Positions 38,050-48,150 of a stretch of 64,000 nucleotides of DNA are shown in pieces. The DNA is from Spirochaetia bacterium (GTDB lineage Bacteria > Spirochaetota > Spirochaetia > SZUA-6 > Bin103), in contig CBDBDQ010000005.1 in assembly GCA_965203905.1 (NCBI GenBank), positions 2,688,001-2,752,000 on the forward strand, written 5' to 3'. The position numbers and the translations under genes were made by a program. Position 1 is the first letter of the stretch. Each line of letters opens with the position of its first letter. The notes under the pieces are model-generated. The model saw nothing but the letters and a program-made list of their open reading frames with translations. It made no database searches and had not been told where the DNA came from.

Positions 38050-39390
38050 ATGTATGCCGGGGCCGCAGAGATCGACATAACCCCACCGGTCGGCACCTGG
38101 ATCGTCGGCAACACCACGCGCAACACGGGCGTGCACGATCCGCTCCATGCCCGTGCCCTGGTGCTTGCGGATTCCCCTGCTCGGGATGCGAACCGGGTAG
38201 CGATCGTCACCATGGACATTACAGGGTTGTCCTGGGACCTGGGGGATGCGCTGCGAGCCGCGATCACGGGTGCCACGGGTATCGGGACGGTGCTGATCAA
38301 CTTCAGCCATACCCACAACGCACCGATGCTGTTTTTCGGCGAGCCGGACACCGATCACGCGCTGGAGCGGGAGCTAGGCGCCTGGCTGGAAGGGCTTGAG
38401 CAAGGTTTGCCGGAGCTGGTTGCGGAGGCGAACGGCTCGCTGGCGCCGGTCATCCTGAGGACCGGCCGGGCACCGGCGCAGGTGGGATTCAACAGACGGC
38501 TCATGAGCGACGGGCAAGTCCGGATGGAGGTCAATCGGGACGGTCCCGTAGTGCCATGGGTCGATGTGCTGCAGGTTTGCGAGTTGTCCGGAGCCCCGCG
38601 GGCGATTCTGTTCGCGCACGCGGCTCACCCCGTAATCGTACACTGGGCCAGTACCCTCATCTCCGCCGATTACCCCGGTTACGCGTGTCACCAGGTCAAG
38701 GAGAACCTGGGGAGTTCGGTGGTGCCGCTGTTTGCTCAGGGATGTAGTGCCGACATCAACGGTTTCCCCCTGAGAGCCGGTTTCGAGGCTGCCGAGAGCG
38801 CCGGTATCGGGCTCTGGCGGGCGGTAAAGCAGGCGTTGGAGAACAGCAGGGAACTGGTCGCCGACAGCTTCCACGTGCAGTCCACGCGGATCCAGCTCCC
38901 CGGCCAGGACTGGCCCTCCGAAGAAACATGCGACGGCATGATCGGCCAGATCGAAGAAGAGCTCGGCCGGGGACGGCAGGTGTGGCTGGATGAACGCTCG
39001 GCTCAGTTTCGGATCCGCTGCCTGGACCAGGTGAAGGAGCTTGCTCGCAGGGGCCGACCCGCGCAGCTCCGATTCGAAACAGTGGCGCTGGCGTTCGGTT
39101 CGGAGTTCTGCCTCGTGGCGATGCCGCACGAGGTGTTCTGCGAGTACGCCCTGTGGATCGACCGGACCTCCCCGTTCGACCACACGATGGTGCTCGGATA
39201 CACGAACGGGTGCGAGGCCTACGTGCCTACGGACCGTGACCTGGCGCTGGGTCCGACCGGGGGATACGAGGCGGCCGCGTTTCCCGACTGGAAAACTGCG
39301 AACCTGCAGTATCCGATCCGTACGCCGCTCGCACGAGGGATCGAAGGACAGATCAAGCACGCGCTCCGGTCGATGGGCGTGGCTCGCTGA
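38050..39390 (+). CDS. Neutral/alkaline ceramidase N-terminal-domain-like hydrolase
   Basis: DITPP, GVHDPLHARALV, SHTHNAP, HAAHP, SADYPG, QGCSADIN, GYE. Confidence 0.8.
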   Translation: MYAGAAEIDITPPVGTWIVGNTTRNTGVHDPLHARALVLADSPARDANRVAIVTMDITGLSWDLGDALRAAITGATGIGTVLINFSHTHNAPMLFFGEPDTDHALERELGAWLEGLEQGLPELVAEANGSLAPVILRTGRAPAQVGFNRRLMSDGQVRMEVNRDGPVVPWVDVLQVCELSGAPRAILFAHAAHPVIVHWASTLISADYPGYACHQVKENLGSSVVPLFAQGCSADINGFPLRAGFEAAESAGIGLWRAVKQALENSRELVADSFHVQSTRIQLPGQDWPSEETCDGMIGQIEEELGRGRQVWLDERSAQFRIRCLDQVKELARRGRPAQLRFETVALAFGSEFCLVAMPHEVFCEYALWIDRTSPFDHTMVLGYTNGCEAYVPTDRDLALGPTGGYEAAAFPDWKTANLQYPIRTPLARGIEGQIKHALRSMGVAR

Positions 39391-39404
39391 CAAGGAGGGG
39401 AGTC

Positions 39405-40574
39405 GTGAAGATCACCAATGTCGAGTGCTTCGTGCTGCTGGTGCCGGATGTAGAGGCCGACGCCTGCAGCAGCGCGCAGGACAACGCCGTGGTGCGGATC
39501 ACCACCGACGCGGGCACTGTCGGCATCGGCGAGACCGACACCAATCCGTGGGCGGTGAAGGCGTTGATCGACGCGCCGAGCACCCACTGCATGGGCCTGG
39601 GCTTCAAGGACATGCTGCTCGGCGAGGACCCGCGGCGGCCGGAGGAGCTGTGGGAGAGGCTGTACACCGGCTCCGCGATGTACGGGCGGCGCGGACTCGG
39701 GGTGTGCGCGATCGGTGCCATCGACATGGCGCTGTGGGACATCTGCGGCAAGGCCCTGGGCGAGCCGGTGTGGCGCCTGCTCGGAGGAGCCAGGCAGGCG
39801 CAGTTGCGGCCGTACGCGAGCCTGCTCCCCGACGGCGCCACGCTGGAGGATTACACCCGCAGCCTGGTGGACAAGGCGCTGCAGGCGGTCGAGTACGGGT
39901 TCCGCGCGGTGAAGGCGGAGGTGTGCCTGAAAGGGCCGTACTCCCACATGGGGCTGCAGGAGAGCGACGACACCATCGTCGACGTGGTGCGGCAGGTGCG
40001 CACGGCGATCGGGCCCGACATCACCCTGCTGGTGGACGTGGCCTACGCCTGGACCCACTACAAGGAAGCGCTGCGCGTGATCCGGCAGCTCGAGCCGCTC
40101 GACCTCTACTTCATGGAGACGCCGCTGCGCTCCGACGACGTGGAGGGGTACGCGGCGCTGGCGCGGGCGGCGACCGACATGCGCATCGCCGCCGGCGAGT
40201 GGCTCAGCACCCGCTTCGAGTTCTTCGAGCTGATCGACCGCGGCGGCATCGACGTCGCCCAGCCCGACGTCGGCCGCGTCGGGGGCCTGACCGAGGCGCG
40301 CCGCGTGGTCGACTACGCCCATCACCGGGGCCGGTCGATAGTCCCGCATTGCTGGAAGACCGGCATTGGGATCGCCGCGTCCGCGCACCTGTGCGCCATC
40401 GCCGCCAACGCACCGTTCTTCGAGTTTCTGCCGGCGGAGCTGGCGGAGTCGAAGCTGCGCCGGGAACTGGTCGACGACACCATCGAGCTCGCCGACGGCA
40501 CGATCGCGCTGCCGGAGCGCCCCGGGCTGGGCGTGGAGCTCAACGAAGACGCGCTGCGAAAGTATCAGGTCTAG
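39405..40574 (+). CDS. Mandelate racemase subgroup enolase (acid-sugar dehydratase-like)
   Basis: GIGETD, AIDMALWD, LLVD, METP, AAGE, QPD, VPHCW, PGLG. Confidence 0.9.
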   Translation: MKITNVECFVLLVPDVEADACSSAQDNAVVRITTDAGTVGIGETDTNPWAVKALIDAPSTHCMGLGFKDMLLGEDPRRPEELWERLYTGSAMYGRRGLGVCAIGAIDMALWDICGKALGEPVWRLLGGARQAQLRPYASLLPDGATLEDYTRSLVDKALQAVEYGFRAVKAEVCLKGPYSHMGLQESDDTIVDVVRQVRTAIGPDITLLVDVAYAWTHYKEALRVIRQLEPLDLYFMETPLRSDDVEGYAALARAATDMRIAAGEWLSTRFEFFELIDRGGIDVAQPDVGRVGGLTEARRVVDYAHHRGRSIVPHCWKTGIGIAASAHLCAIAANAPFFEFLPAELAESKLRRELVDDTIELADGTIALPERPGLGVELNEDALRKYQV

Positions 40575-40670
40575 TTCGATCTCATATCCAGCAGACGAAC
40601 CATGTGCACCGGATTCATGGTCTCTGCGCCACGGAGTGGCCTTGCGTACTGAGCGCTCGCCGGACTCCGC

Positions 40671-41453
40671 TCAGAGTTTGCCGTACAGCACGGGACAGTA
40701 CCTCGGGTCGTCCAGGTACTGCATCGTTACGTACGGGTTGGGATAGTCCACGACCGGTGTGGCCACTTCGGTGCGCATGTGAATTGCCACACTCACGCGC
40801 TCGGCGGTGGAAACATTCGGGCCGCTGCCGTGGTAAGTCAGGGAGTGGTGGATACTGAGCCCGCCTGCGGGGAGCACCGCGGACACCTCTTCCCATTGGT
40901 ATCCGTCGGGCACCGGAATGTTGTCTCGCAGCGCGTCGTTATCGTGGGAGAAAAAATCTCCGGAGTCCAGGAACCCCCACTGGTGAGAACCGCGAACGAA
41001 GCGTACCGGGCCCGCCTCCTCCGGCACCGGGGACAGGGCCACCCAGGCCGTGAAGAGGGCATCCACTTCGTGCCAATACTGCCAATACTGACGATCCTGG
41101 TGCCACCCGACGTTGGCCGCGTCGCCATCGGTCGGCGGCTTGATCAGGAGCTGGGTTCCGAACACCTGCACCATGCTCGCACCCACCGTGGCGGCAGCGA
41201 GCTCACCGATCTCGCGACACGTAACGAGCCGGTAGATGTCCCGGTCGGCAATGTGCGCGTCGTCGATCTTGCACAGCTCCCCTGCTCCGCAGCCACGAAC
41301 TGAAGTGGGCGCAACGTCGGTGTTGTACCTGCCCGCCCGAACCGCCGTAGCTGCGTCGAACGCGGCATCGACGAGGCCGGCAGGAACGACCTGCCGGTCG
41401 ACCACCGCGATACCATCGTCGTGGTAGCGCCGATATGTGCCCGTTCCCACCAT
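40671..41453 (-). CDS. PhyH family Fe(II)/2OG dioxygenase
   Basis: LLIKPP, VGWHQD, FTAWVALS, RGSH, YHGSGPN...R; start uncertain. Confidence 0.88.
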   Translation of the reverse strand: MVGTGTYRRYHDDGIAVVDRQVVPAGLVDAAFDAATAVRAGRYNTDVAPTSVRGCGAGELCKIDDAHIADRDIYRLVTCREIGELAAATVGASMVQVFGTQLLIKPPTDGDAANVGWHQDRQYWQYWHEVDALFTAWVALSPVPEEAGPVRFVRGSHQWGFLDSGDFFSHDNDALRDNIPVPDGYQWEEVSAVLPAGGLSIHHSLTYHGSGPNVSTAERVSVAIHMRTEVATPVVDYPNPYVTMQYLDDPRYCPVLYGKL

Positions 41454-41542
41454 GTCCCGAGAATAGAACCTGTTTACCGGCGCGGCAAGCCGGCGAGTGT
41501 GTCTCGTGTCTTGCATGGCAATGGTGGGCCGATGACGCCGCG

Positions 41543-42925
41543 TCAACCCGTGGACTCCGCCTGGCGCCAGAGTTCCGACAGGATCCGCAGACAGGTGTGC
41601 TTGACCTTATGCTCGCAGCTTGGCTGAAGGCGTGGGACGCCATACAGTCGCTGGGCGCCGAACGCTTCGTAGCCCTCCAGGTAGCAGGCGTCCGCGGTCG
41701 GAACGTAGCTCTCGCAGCCGTTGGAATAGCCAAACACCATGGTGTGCGGAAAGGGTGACTCCTGCTGCAGGAAGAGCTGGTACTCGACAAACGCCTCGTG
41801 GGAGAGCCCGACCAGCGCCAGGTCCCGGCCCAGTGCAAAGGCCTGCACCTGAAACGGCAGTCCGGCCGGAGACTGCGCGTCGCGCGCGTATCCCAGCATC
41901 TTCCTTGCCCAGGCCAGAGCGTTCCTCTGCTGGTCCAGGACTCGGTCGTCGGCACCTCCCGCTTGCAACGTCGAGTACGACTCCTGCAGACGTTGAATGA
42001 TGGCACCGCACACGTCGGCGCTCATCAGCTCGAAGTCGAGGTGAATCGTCTCGCTGGCGATTCGAATGGTCCCGCCAGCTATCGCGGGCGCCTGGGAGGC
42101 TGCGGCGACGGCCGCCTGTCCCAGCATCGTCCCCGCCCGTTCCGCCTCGGCAAAGCCGCCGCGCAGTGGCTCCACGTTGATGTCGGCGGCACAACCCTGG
42201 GCGAACAGCGGGATGACGCCGGCGCCCATGGCGTTGCGGATGGTGAGCGCGGCGGCACCCGGGTAGTCGGCGGTAAACTCGGTGGCCGTGCTGTGGACGG
42301 TGACCGGGTGCGCGGCGTGGCTGAAGAGAAGAGCCAGTGGCGTGTCCGCGGACCGATCCACGCGCAGGACGTCGACCCAGGGGGCAACCGGCCCCGCCGG
42401 GTTGGGCGCCATTGTGGTTCCGGTCAAGGTGGAGAGACGGCGGTTGAGGCCGACCTGGACGTCCGCGCGCCCGGCCGCCAGACCTACCGGCTCCATCGCG
42501 GTCTGAGCCCGGGCAACGGTGTCGGCAATGCGCCCCACGAGTTGCGCTTCCCAATCCCGATCCCGGCGCGGCTGAACGGTCACGTCGTAGGGGATCGTGA
42601 GCGGTGCGCTGTGGTTGTGGCTGGCGGTGAGCATCAACCGTTCCCGCGCCAGACCGGTCTGCTGTTCGACGGCGCTGCGGACTCGCTCCAGGAGGTCGGC
42701 GTCCAGGCCGAGAAGATCCATGGTGACGACACAGATGGTGGTGCGGTCGTCACCGAGCGAGATCGCGCGCACGTAAAGATCATCGTGCACAGCGGTCGAG
42801 GGCACGCCGCGCGGCTCGATCATTTCCACCCCGATCGGTGGCGTGATCACCGCCTCCGCTACGTTAGCCGCGATGGCCACGGGCTGCTCGTGCTGCGGCG
42901 TCGCCGCTGTCGCTGTCTTCCACAC
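41543..42925 (-). CDS. Neutral/alkaline ceramidase-like hydrolase (paralogue of 38050-39390)
   Basis: ITPP, VHDDLYVRA, SHNHSAP, HAAHP, TADYPG, QGCAADIN, GYE. Confidence 0.8.
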   Translation of the reverse strand: MWKTATAATPQHEQPVAIAANVAEAVITPPIGVEMIEPRGVPSTAVHDDLYVRAISLGDDRTTICVVTMDLLGLDADLLERVRSAVEQQTGLARERLMLTASHNHSAPLTIPYDVTVQPRRDRDWEAQLVGRIADTVARAQTAMEPVGLAAGRADVQVGLNRRLSTLTGTTMAPNPAGPVAPWVDVLRVDRSADTPLALLFSHAAHPVTVHSTATEFTADYPGAAALTIRNAMGAGVIPLFAQGCAADINVEPLRGGFAEAERAGTMLGQAAVAAASQAPAIAGGTIRIASETIHLDFELMSADVCGAIIQRLQESYSTLQAGGADDRVLDQQRNALAWARKMLGYARDAQSPAGLPFQVQAFALGRDLALVGLSHEAFVEYQLFLQQESPFPHTMVFGYSNGCESYVPTADACYLEGYEAFGAQRLYGVPRLQPSCEHKVKHTCLRILSELWRQAESTG

Positions 42926-43019
42926 CCCGAAGTATGACCCGTCCCGCGAGCCTGTGGAATAGGACGACTCCCGCGCACGACCCGCGCACGCCGGGCGGGC
43001 GCAGCACGGGGGTCGGAGG

Positions 43020-43048
43020 TTGACAACTCACGGTCCACCACGTAGCGT
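43020..43048 (+). promoter_or_regulatory. Sigma70-like promoter of the sugar ABC operon
   Basis: TTGACA(43020-43025)-N17-TAGCGT(43043-43048), about 375 nt upstream of the ATG. Confidence 0.5.
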
Positions 43049-43423
43049 ACTCTCCGGGTTTACCGGCAAAGGATGGGCGCGGACGCCGGCGGCGGCGTAT
43101 CACAGGGATTCGGCACCGGGAGGACAGGTGGCGTAGGATGAGAAGAGGCGGTTATCACCGCGGAGTCCGCTGTGACACGCGATCACGCGGGCCTGTCCGA
43201 AAGTTGTTCCCGGTGCTCATGATCGCCGGTGCCACGCAGCGACCGTGCCCACTGGTACGGAATCGACGGCTGGCGCCTGCCGACCGTCTCGCATCGCGGT
43301 GACCCCCAGCCACACCTCCCTTGAACTATCTCCCAGGCGATTCAAGCCACGGGCACCGCCGCACACCGGCACCAACGGAAAATCGAGATCGCTGACCGTA
43401 TACGTGCTTCTGAGGAGGGAGTT

Positions 43424-44725
43424 ATGGTACGAGGAATCGGGCTATTCCTGGTAGTGTCGTGCATCGCTGGCGCGCCACTATTCGCGACCGGAGAGCAGGA
43501 AGGGGCGGGTCATCGGACGCTTGAACTGGTCAGGTGGCACGGTCCCCAGGAGTCCGTCCACGGCATCGAGGTGGCTTGGGCCAAGGAGTTCCCCGACTCC
43601 ACCCTGCAGATATCCCTGGGGAGTCCAATCGATCAATACATCGAGGCTCGTCTGGCCCAGAACAACCTGCCCGACATGTGGTACACGAGCCCCTTCGAGT
43701 GGACCCAGAACTACGCCCGCAGGGGCATGACCCGGGATCTGGAGGGGTTGCCGTTCGTCGACAAGCTCATTCCGGCAACTCCGCGCGCCGGCCTGACTTA
43801 CGACGGAAAGATCTACGCATATCCTGCCGCGGGTGGGTTCATGGGTGCGTTCTACAACAAGGACGTGTTTGCCGATGCCGGCATCGCCGAGGAGCGCAAG
43901 ACGATCAGTGACCTGAAGTCAATGATCGGAAAATTCGAAGCTCTCGGAGTAGTGCCGTGGTCGACGCCCTACAAGGATATCTGGCCCATGGTGCAGGGGT
44001 TTCAACAGATGATGGCCAATGCCGTGGGGCAGGACGAGTTCTGGAACTGGGTCGGCGCCATGAACGAAGGCGAGCAGACCTACGACGTGCCCAAATTCAG
44101 GCAGATGATGGAAGTCTGGGACCTTATGAAGGAGCACGGCACGCCTAATGCAATGGATGTCACGTACACCAAGCAGATCGCCAATATTGCAGAGGGAAAG
44201 GCCGCCATCTATCTCAACAATGAGTCTTCCATCGGCGAAGTCATCAGTATGAAGGACGATTCCAACATAGGTGCAATGGGGGAACCGGTCAGTGATGATC
44301 CGAACGATTCACTGGTCGGATTCTCGGTATCCATCGCGATCGTGGTCGCCAAGGATACCAAGAACTGGGACCTCGTGCAACAGTTTTTCGAGTGGTGTAT
44401 AGACTCCCAGTACTGGCAGGATGGCAAGGCCAACTATCATTCCGAGATGGCCGACATGTGGGGGATATATCCACTCGTTCCTTACGACGGACCGGGTCAG
44501 GACCTGGGCGGCGCGCTGGAGGATCTCCTGTACTATCGGGATCAAGGCTGGATCACGCCCTGGATGCGGAACCATGAGCCGCCGGGGTCTTACGTAGAGA
44601 TGGCAAATGCGCTGCAGGGGTATTATCTGGGTGAGCTGGACGTCGACGAGTTCATCAGCAAGTTGGATGAGAATTGGCACTCGCTGGCGGCCAAGGCGAA
44701 AGCGGCGAAGGCGGCGGCTCAATAG
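43424..44725 (+). CDS. Carbohydrate ABC transporter substrate-binding protein
   Basis: Signal peptide ...LFATGEQE; LPDM, DGKIYAYP, FYNKDVFADAGI, GKAAI; SD GAGGAGG. Confidence 0.88.
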   Translation: MVRGIGLFLVVSCIAGAPLFATGEQEGAGHRTLELVRWHGPQESVHGIEVAWAKEFPDSTLQISLGSPIDQYIEARLAQNNLPDMWYTSPFEWTQNYARRGMTRDLEGLPFVDKLIPATPRAGLTYDGKIYAYPAAGGFMGAFYNKDVFADAGIAEERKTISDLKSMIGKFEALGVVPWSTPYKDIWPMVQGFQQMMANAVGQDEFWNWVGAMNEGEQTYDVPKFRQMMEVWDLMKEHGTPNAMDVTYTKQIANIAEGKAAIYLNNESSIGEVISMKDDSNIGAMGEPVSDDPNDSLVGFSVSIAIVVAKDTKNWDLVQQFFEWCIDSQYWQDGKANYHSEMADMWGIYPLVPYDGPGQDLGGALEDLLYYRDQGWITPWMRNHEPPGSYVEMANALQGYYLGELDVDEFISKLDENWHSLAAKAKAAKAAAQ

Positions 44726-44757
44726 AAGGAATCTCCGGTACTGACAGGGAACAGGCA

Positions 44758-45678
44758 TTGGAACTGGTAAGCGAGCGAACCGTCGCCAAGGTACGGCGCC
44801 AGAGGCAGCGAGCGGAGTTGCTCGTGTTCCTTGCGTTTGTCGGTCCAGTGCTTGTTCTCTACACCTTCTTCTTGATCAACCCGTTGCTCAGGGCAATCTA
44901 CTACTCGCTCTTCGACTGGAATCTGCACTACGGCAATTACAACTTCTTTGGATTCAACAATTACCTCAACCTGCTCCACGACGAGGTCTTCATCAAGACC
45001 CTGAAGTTCAATTTCCTGTTCGCTCTGCTGACGGTGTTCTTTCCCAATATCATCGCTCTACTGCTCGCTGTCGGAATCGAGTCCGGGATGCGCAAGGGCA
45101 AGAATCTTGCCAGGACCCTGTTCTTCATGCCCAACGTCATGGCGCCACTGCTCATCGCCTTTACCTGGCTGTTCATTTTCACCGAGGTGTTTCCGCAACT
45201 GTTCGAGATCCTCGGCCTGAAACAGTTGGCGGGCATGTCGTGGTTCGGAACTTTCCCGGCGGCATTGTCGGCGATGACCATAGTCGTGGTGTGGAGTGGC
45301 ACCGGATTCCTGCTGATCCTCTACATTGCGGCGCTGCAGACGGTGCCCGAGGAGTTGTACGAGAGTGCCGACATGGACGGCGCATCGTGGCTGCGCAAGC
45401 TCGCATCGATAACCGTTCCGCTGGTGGTGCCGACCATAACCATCTGCCTGTTCGTGAGCATTACCGCGGCGTTCAGGACGTTCGAGCTTTCCTTCGGCAT
45501 GACCAGGGGCAGCCCGATGCGCAGCACGGAGACGTTGTCCTACAACACATTCGTCGAGGCGTTCACCTTTTCCAACTACGGCGCGGCCTGTGCCAAGGGC
45601 GTGGTGCTCATGATAATCACGGCCGTGGTCGGCTTCTTCCAGGTCCGGATGACCAGCAAGCGGGAGGTTGCCTTGTGA
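44758..45678 (+). CDS. Carbohydrate ABC permease (MalF-like)
   Basis: SLFDW, NYLNLL, ALQTVPEELYESADMDGAS, ITVPL; start uncertain. Confidence 0.9.
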   Translation: MELVSERTVAKVRRQRQRAELLVFLAFVGPVLVLYTFFLINPLLRAIYYSLFDWNLHYGNYNFFGFNNYLNLLHDEVFIKTLKFNFLFALLTVFFPNIIALLLAVGIESGMRKGKNLARTLFFMPNVMAPLLIAFTWLFIFTEVFPQLFEILGLKQLAGMSWFGTFPAALSAMTIVVVWSGTGFLLILYIAALQTVPEELYESADMDGASWLRKLASITVPLVVPTITICLFVSITAAFRTFELSFGMTRGSPMRSTETLSYNTFVEAFTFSNYGAACAKGVVLMIITAVVGFFQVRMTSKREVAL

Positions 45679-46505
45679 CCGTCCGCCGGAACAGCAGTGT
45701 CGCCGTGGTCACGCTGATAATTCTTGTGGTTGCCGCCGGCTATGTGTTTCCATTTTATCTGATTTCCATGAATTCCTTCAAGGGATACCTTGAAGTCATC
45801 ACTTCGTTCTTGAAGCTGCCCCAGGATCCGAGCTTCGAGAACTTCGCACGAGCGTGGGTGCTCATGAAGCTGCCGCGGCCGTTCCTCAACACGCTGATAC
45901 TCTGTGCCCTGTCCATCGGCGGATCGGTGTTGCTGAGCGCCATGGGTGGCTACAAGCTGGAGCGCACCGGGGACAAGAAGTCGCGGGCACTATACTACTA
46001 CTTCATTTTTTCGCTGGTGATTCCGTTCTTCGTCATCATGATTCCGGTGATGAGACTGGCGGCTCAAATGCGCATCACCAACAGTCTGCTGGGCCTGTCA
46101 CTACTGTATATCGCGTTCACCTGTCCGTTTGCGGTGTTCATGATCTACGGCTTCACCAAGACCATTCCGCGGGAAACCGAGGATGCCGCGATCATCGACG
46201 GCTGTGGGCCGTTCATGCTGTTCTTCAGGATTGCGCTGCCGCTGCTGCAGCCGGCGGTGATGACGCTGGTAGTGCTGTACATGCTCTGGATCTGGAACGA
46301 CTTCGCGCTACCCTATCTTCTGATAGCCGACAAGCGACTGCATACCGTGACGGTCGCGGCCTATTACTTCGCGGGCACTCAGATGATCGAGTGGGATCTC
46401 ATCATCGCCGGCATGACGTTGATCACGGCCCCGATCATCATCTTCTACTTCTTCGCTCAGAAGTATATCCAGCGCGGTATCGCGACCAGCGGATTGAAGT
46501 CGTAA
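45675..46505 (+). CDS. Carbohydrate ABC permease (MalG-like)
   Basis: NSFK, ENF, IPRETEDAAIIDGC, WNDF, QKYI...GLK. Confidence 0.9.
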   Translation: MTVRRNSSVAVVTLIILVVAAGYVFPFYLISMNSFKGYLEVITSFLKLPQDPSFENFARAWVLMKLPRPFLNTLILCALSIGGSVLLSAMGGYKLERTGDKKSRALYYYFIFSLVIPFFVIMIPVMRLAAQMRITNSLLGLSLLYIAFTCPFAVFMIYGFTKTIPRETEDAAIIDGCGPFMLFFRIALPLLQPAVMTLVVLYMLWIWNDFALPYLLIADKRLHTVTVAAYYFAGTQMIEWDLIIAGMTLITAPIIIFYFFAQKYIQRGIATSGLKS

Positions 46506-46508
46506 GGC

Positions 46509-47312
46509 GTGAGGAGCACGACGGTCGCGCAGTTCACCTATCCCAGGCTGCAGGGACTGAAGGCCGCCTACGACGAAGAGGGGTACGCGATCGTCAGGCG
46601 CGTGCTCGACGCGGACCTGCTGAGCGAGGCCAATCGACACATCGACTGGCTCATCGACAAGCACCCCGAACTGGAGACCGAAAGACTGGGACATTGGCTG
46701 GTGGCGGATGATCCGTTCTGGCTGCGGCTGATCAGCGACGACCGCCTGCTGGACATCGCCGAGCAACTCATCGGTCCCAACATAGCCCTGTTTGCCGCCG
46801 ACTATATCGTCAAACGGCCCGGGACCGGTGGCAAGTTCGCCTGGCACCAGGACGGCGGTTACTGGCCGCTGGAGCCGATGGAAGTTGCTACGCTGTGGAT
46901 CGCCTACAGTGCGTCGAATCGCGTCAATGGCTGCCTCCGCATCATACCGGGCACCCAGCACCTGCCGCTGCAGGAACGAGCCCAGGTTGCAGAGGAACCC
47001 GGAGAGTTGCTGCCCGGCATGGACCAGACCCTGGCGGATGAGTCGAAGGCCGTGGACATCGAGTTGGGTCCCGGCGACGTGTCGTTGCACCATCCCCATA
47101 TCATCCACGGCTCGAATGCGAATACCAGCGACCGGTGGCGTCGCGGCGGCACCTTTCTCTACATCCCCACTACGACCCGCATTCGCAGCGAGAAGTTCGC
47201 CAGTTTCCTGTTGCGTGGGGAGGCCGTGGCGGGGATCAACAGCTACCACGAGTTTCCCAGGTATCGGGAAGGGGAGCACTTCCGCTTCCGGGAGCGTGAA
47301 GCATGGCGGTGA
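46509..47312 (+). CDS. PhyH family Fe(II)/2OG dioxygenase
   Basis: YDEEGYAIV, WHQDGGYWPL, NGCLRIIPGT, IHGSNAN...RR. Confidence 0.9.
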   Translation: MRSTTVAQFTYPRLQGLKAAYDEEGYAIVRRVLDADLLSEANRHIDWLIDKHPELETERLGHWLVADDPFWLRLISDDRLLDIAEQLIGPNIALFAADYIVKRPGTGGKFAWHQDGGYWPLEPMEVATLWIAYSASNRVNGCLRIIPGTQHLPLQERAQVAEEPGELLPGMDQTLADESKAVDIELGPGDVSLHHPHIIHGSNANTSDRWRRGGTFLYIPTTTRIRSEKFASFLLRGEAVAGINSYHEFPRYREGEHFRFREREAWR

Positions 47313-48148
47313 GGGGTGGAGGGGAACGAGCGAAGATTGTTGACGAGGTTGCGGTACGGGAGCGTTACCGCCGAGATGGATTCTACCTCTGCCCGGAGCC
47401 GGTGATCCCCGGCGACGTGGTAGAGCAGGCGGTGGCGGGAATGGACGCGGTGCGGGCGGGCGAGTACGACACCGGCAGGCCGCCGCGGCCGTCGTCCTGG
47501 AACCCTGGCGACGACCCCAACCTGCTGTGCAAGATCGAGATGCCTCAGATCGCCAGCCACGCCATCATGCAGCTCGTGTCACACCCTGCGTTGGGCGCGA
47601 AGGCGGCGGAGATCACAGCTGCCAGAGCGGTCCAGGTGTGGTGGGTGCAGTTGCTGTACAAGCCGCCGAGCGCGGCCGGCCGGCAGCGGGGCACCAACGT
47701 CGGCTGGCACCAGGACTACAACTACTGGCGCTCCTGGGAAGAGGGAAGCGAGCTGTTCACGGCCTGGGTTGCGCTCAGCGACGTGACGGCCGCATCGGGC
47801 CCGATGCAGTTCGTGGTCGGCTCGCACGAGTGGGGCCTGTCGACCAAGAGCGACTTCTACTCGCAGGAATACGAAGCCAAGCGGAAAGTGATCCAGCGTA
47901 CCCACGGCCGGGAGTGGGTGGAGGTGCCGGCCATCCTGCCGCCGGGCGGCGCCAGCTTCCACCAGAAACTGACTTTCCACGGCAGCGGCCCCAATGTGTC
48001 AGTGCAGCCGCGGCGGGCATTCGCGGTCCACCTGCGCACCGAGAATTCGCGGCCCAAGGACGACGCCAGGAGCGGATTGACCTCGTTCATCGATGACCCC
48101 GGCTACTGCCCGGTCATCTTCGGCGATGCAGGCCTGCTGACGCGTTAA
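47303..48148 (+). CDS. PhyH family Fe(II)/2OG dioxygenase (paralogue of 40671-41453)
   Basis: YRRDGF, LLYKPP, VGWHQD, FTAWVALSD, FHGSGPN...RRA. Confidence 0.9.
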   Translation: MAVRGGGERAKIVDEVAVRERYRRDGFYLCPEPVIPGDVVEQAVAGMDAVRAGEYDTGRPPRPSSWNPGDDPNLLCKIEMPQIASHAIMQLVSHPALGAKAAEITAARAVQVWWVQLLYKPPSAAGRQRGTNVGWHQDYNYWRSWEEGSELFTAWVALSDVTAASGPMQFVVGSHEWGLSTKSDFYSQEYEAKRKVIQRTHGREWVEVPAILPPGGASFHQKLTFHGSGPNVSVQPRRAFAVHLRTENSRPKDDARSGLTSFIDDPGYCPVIFGDAGLLTR

Positions 48149-48150
48149 CG

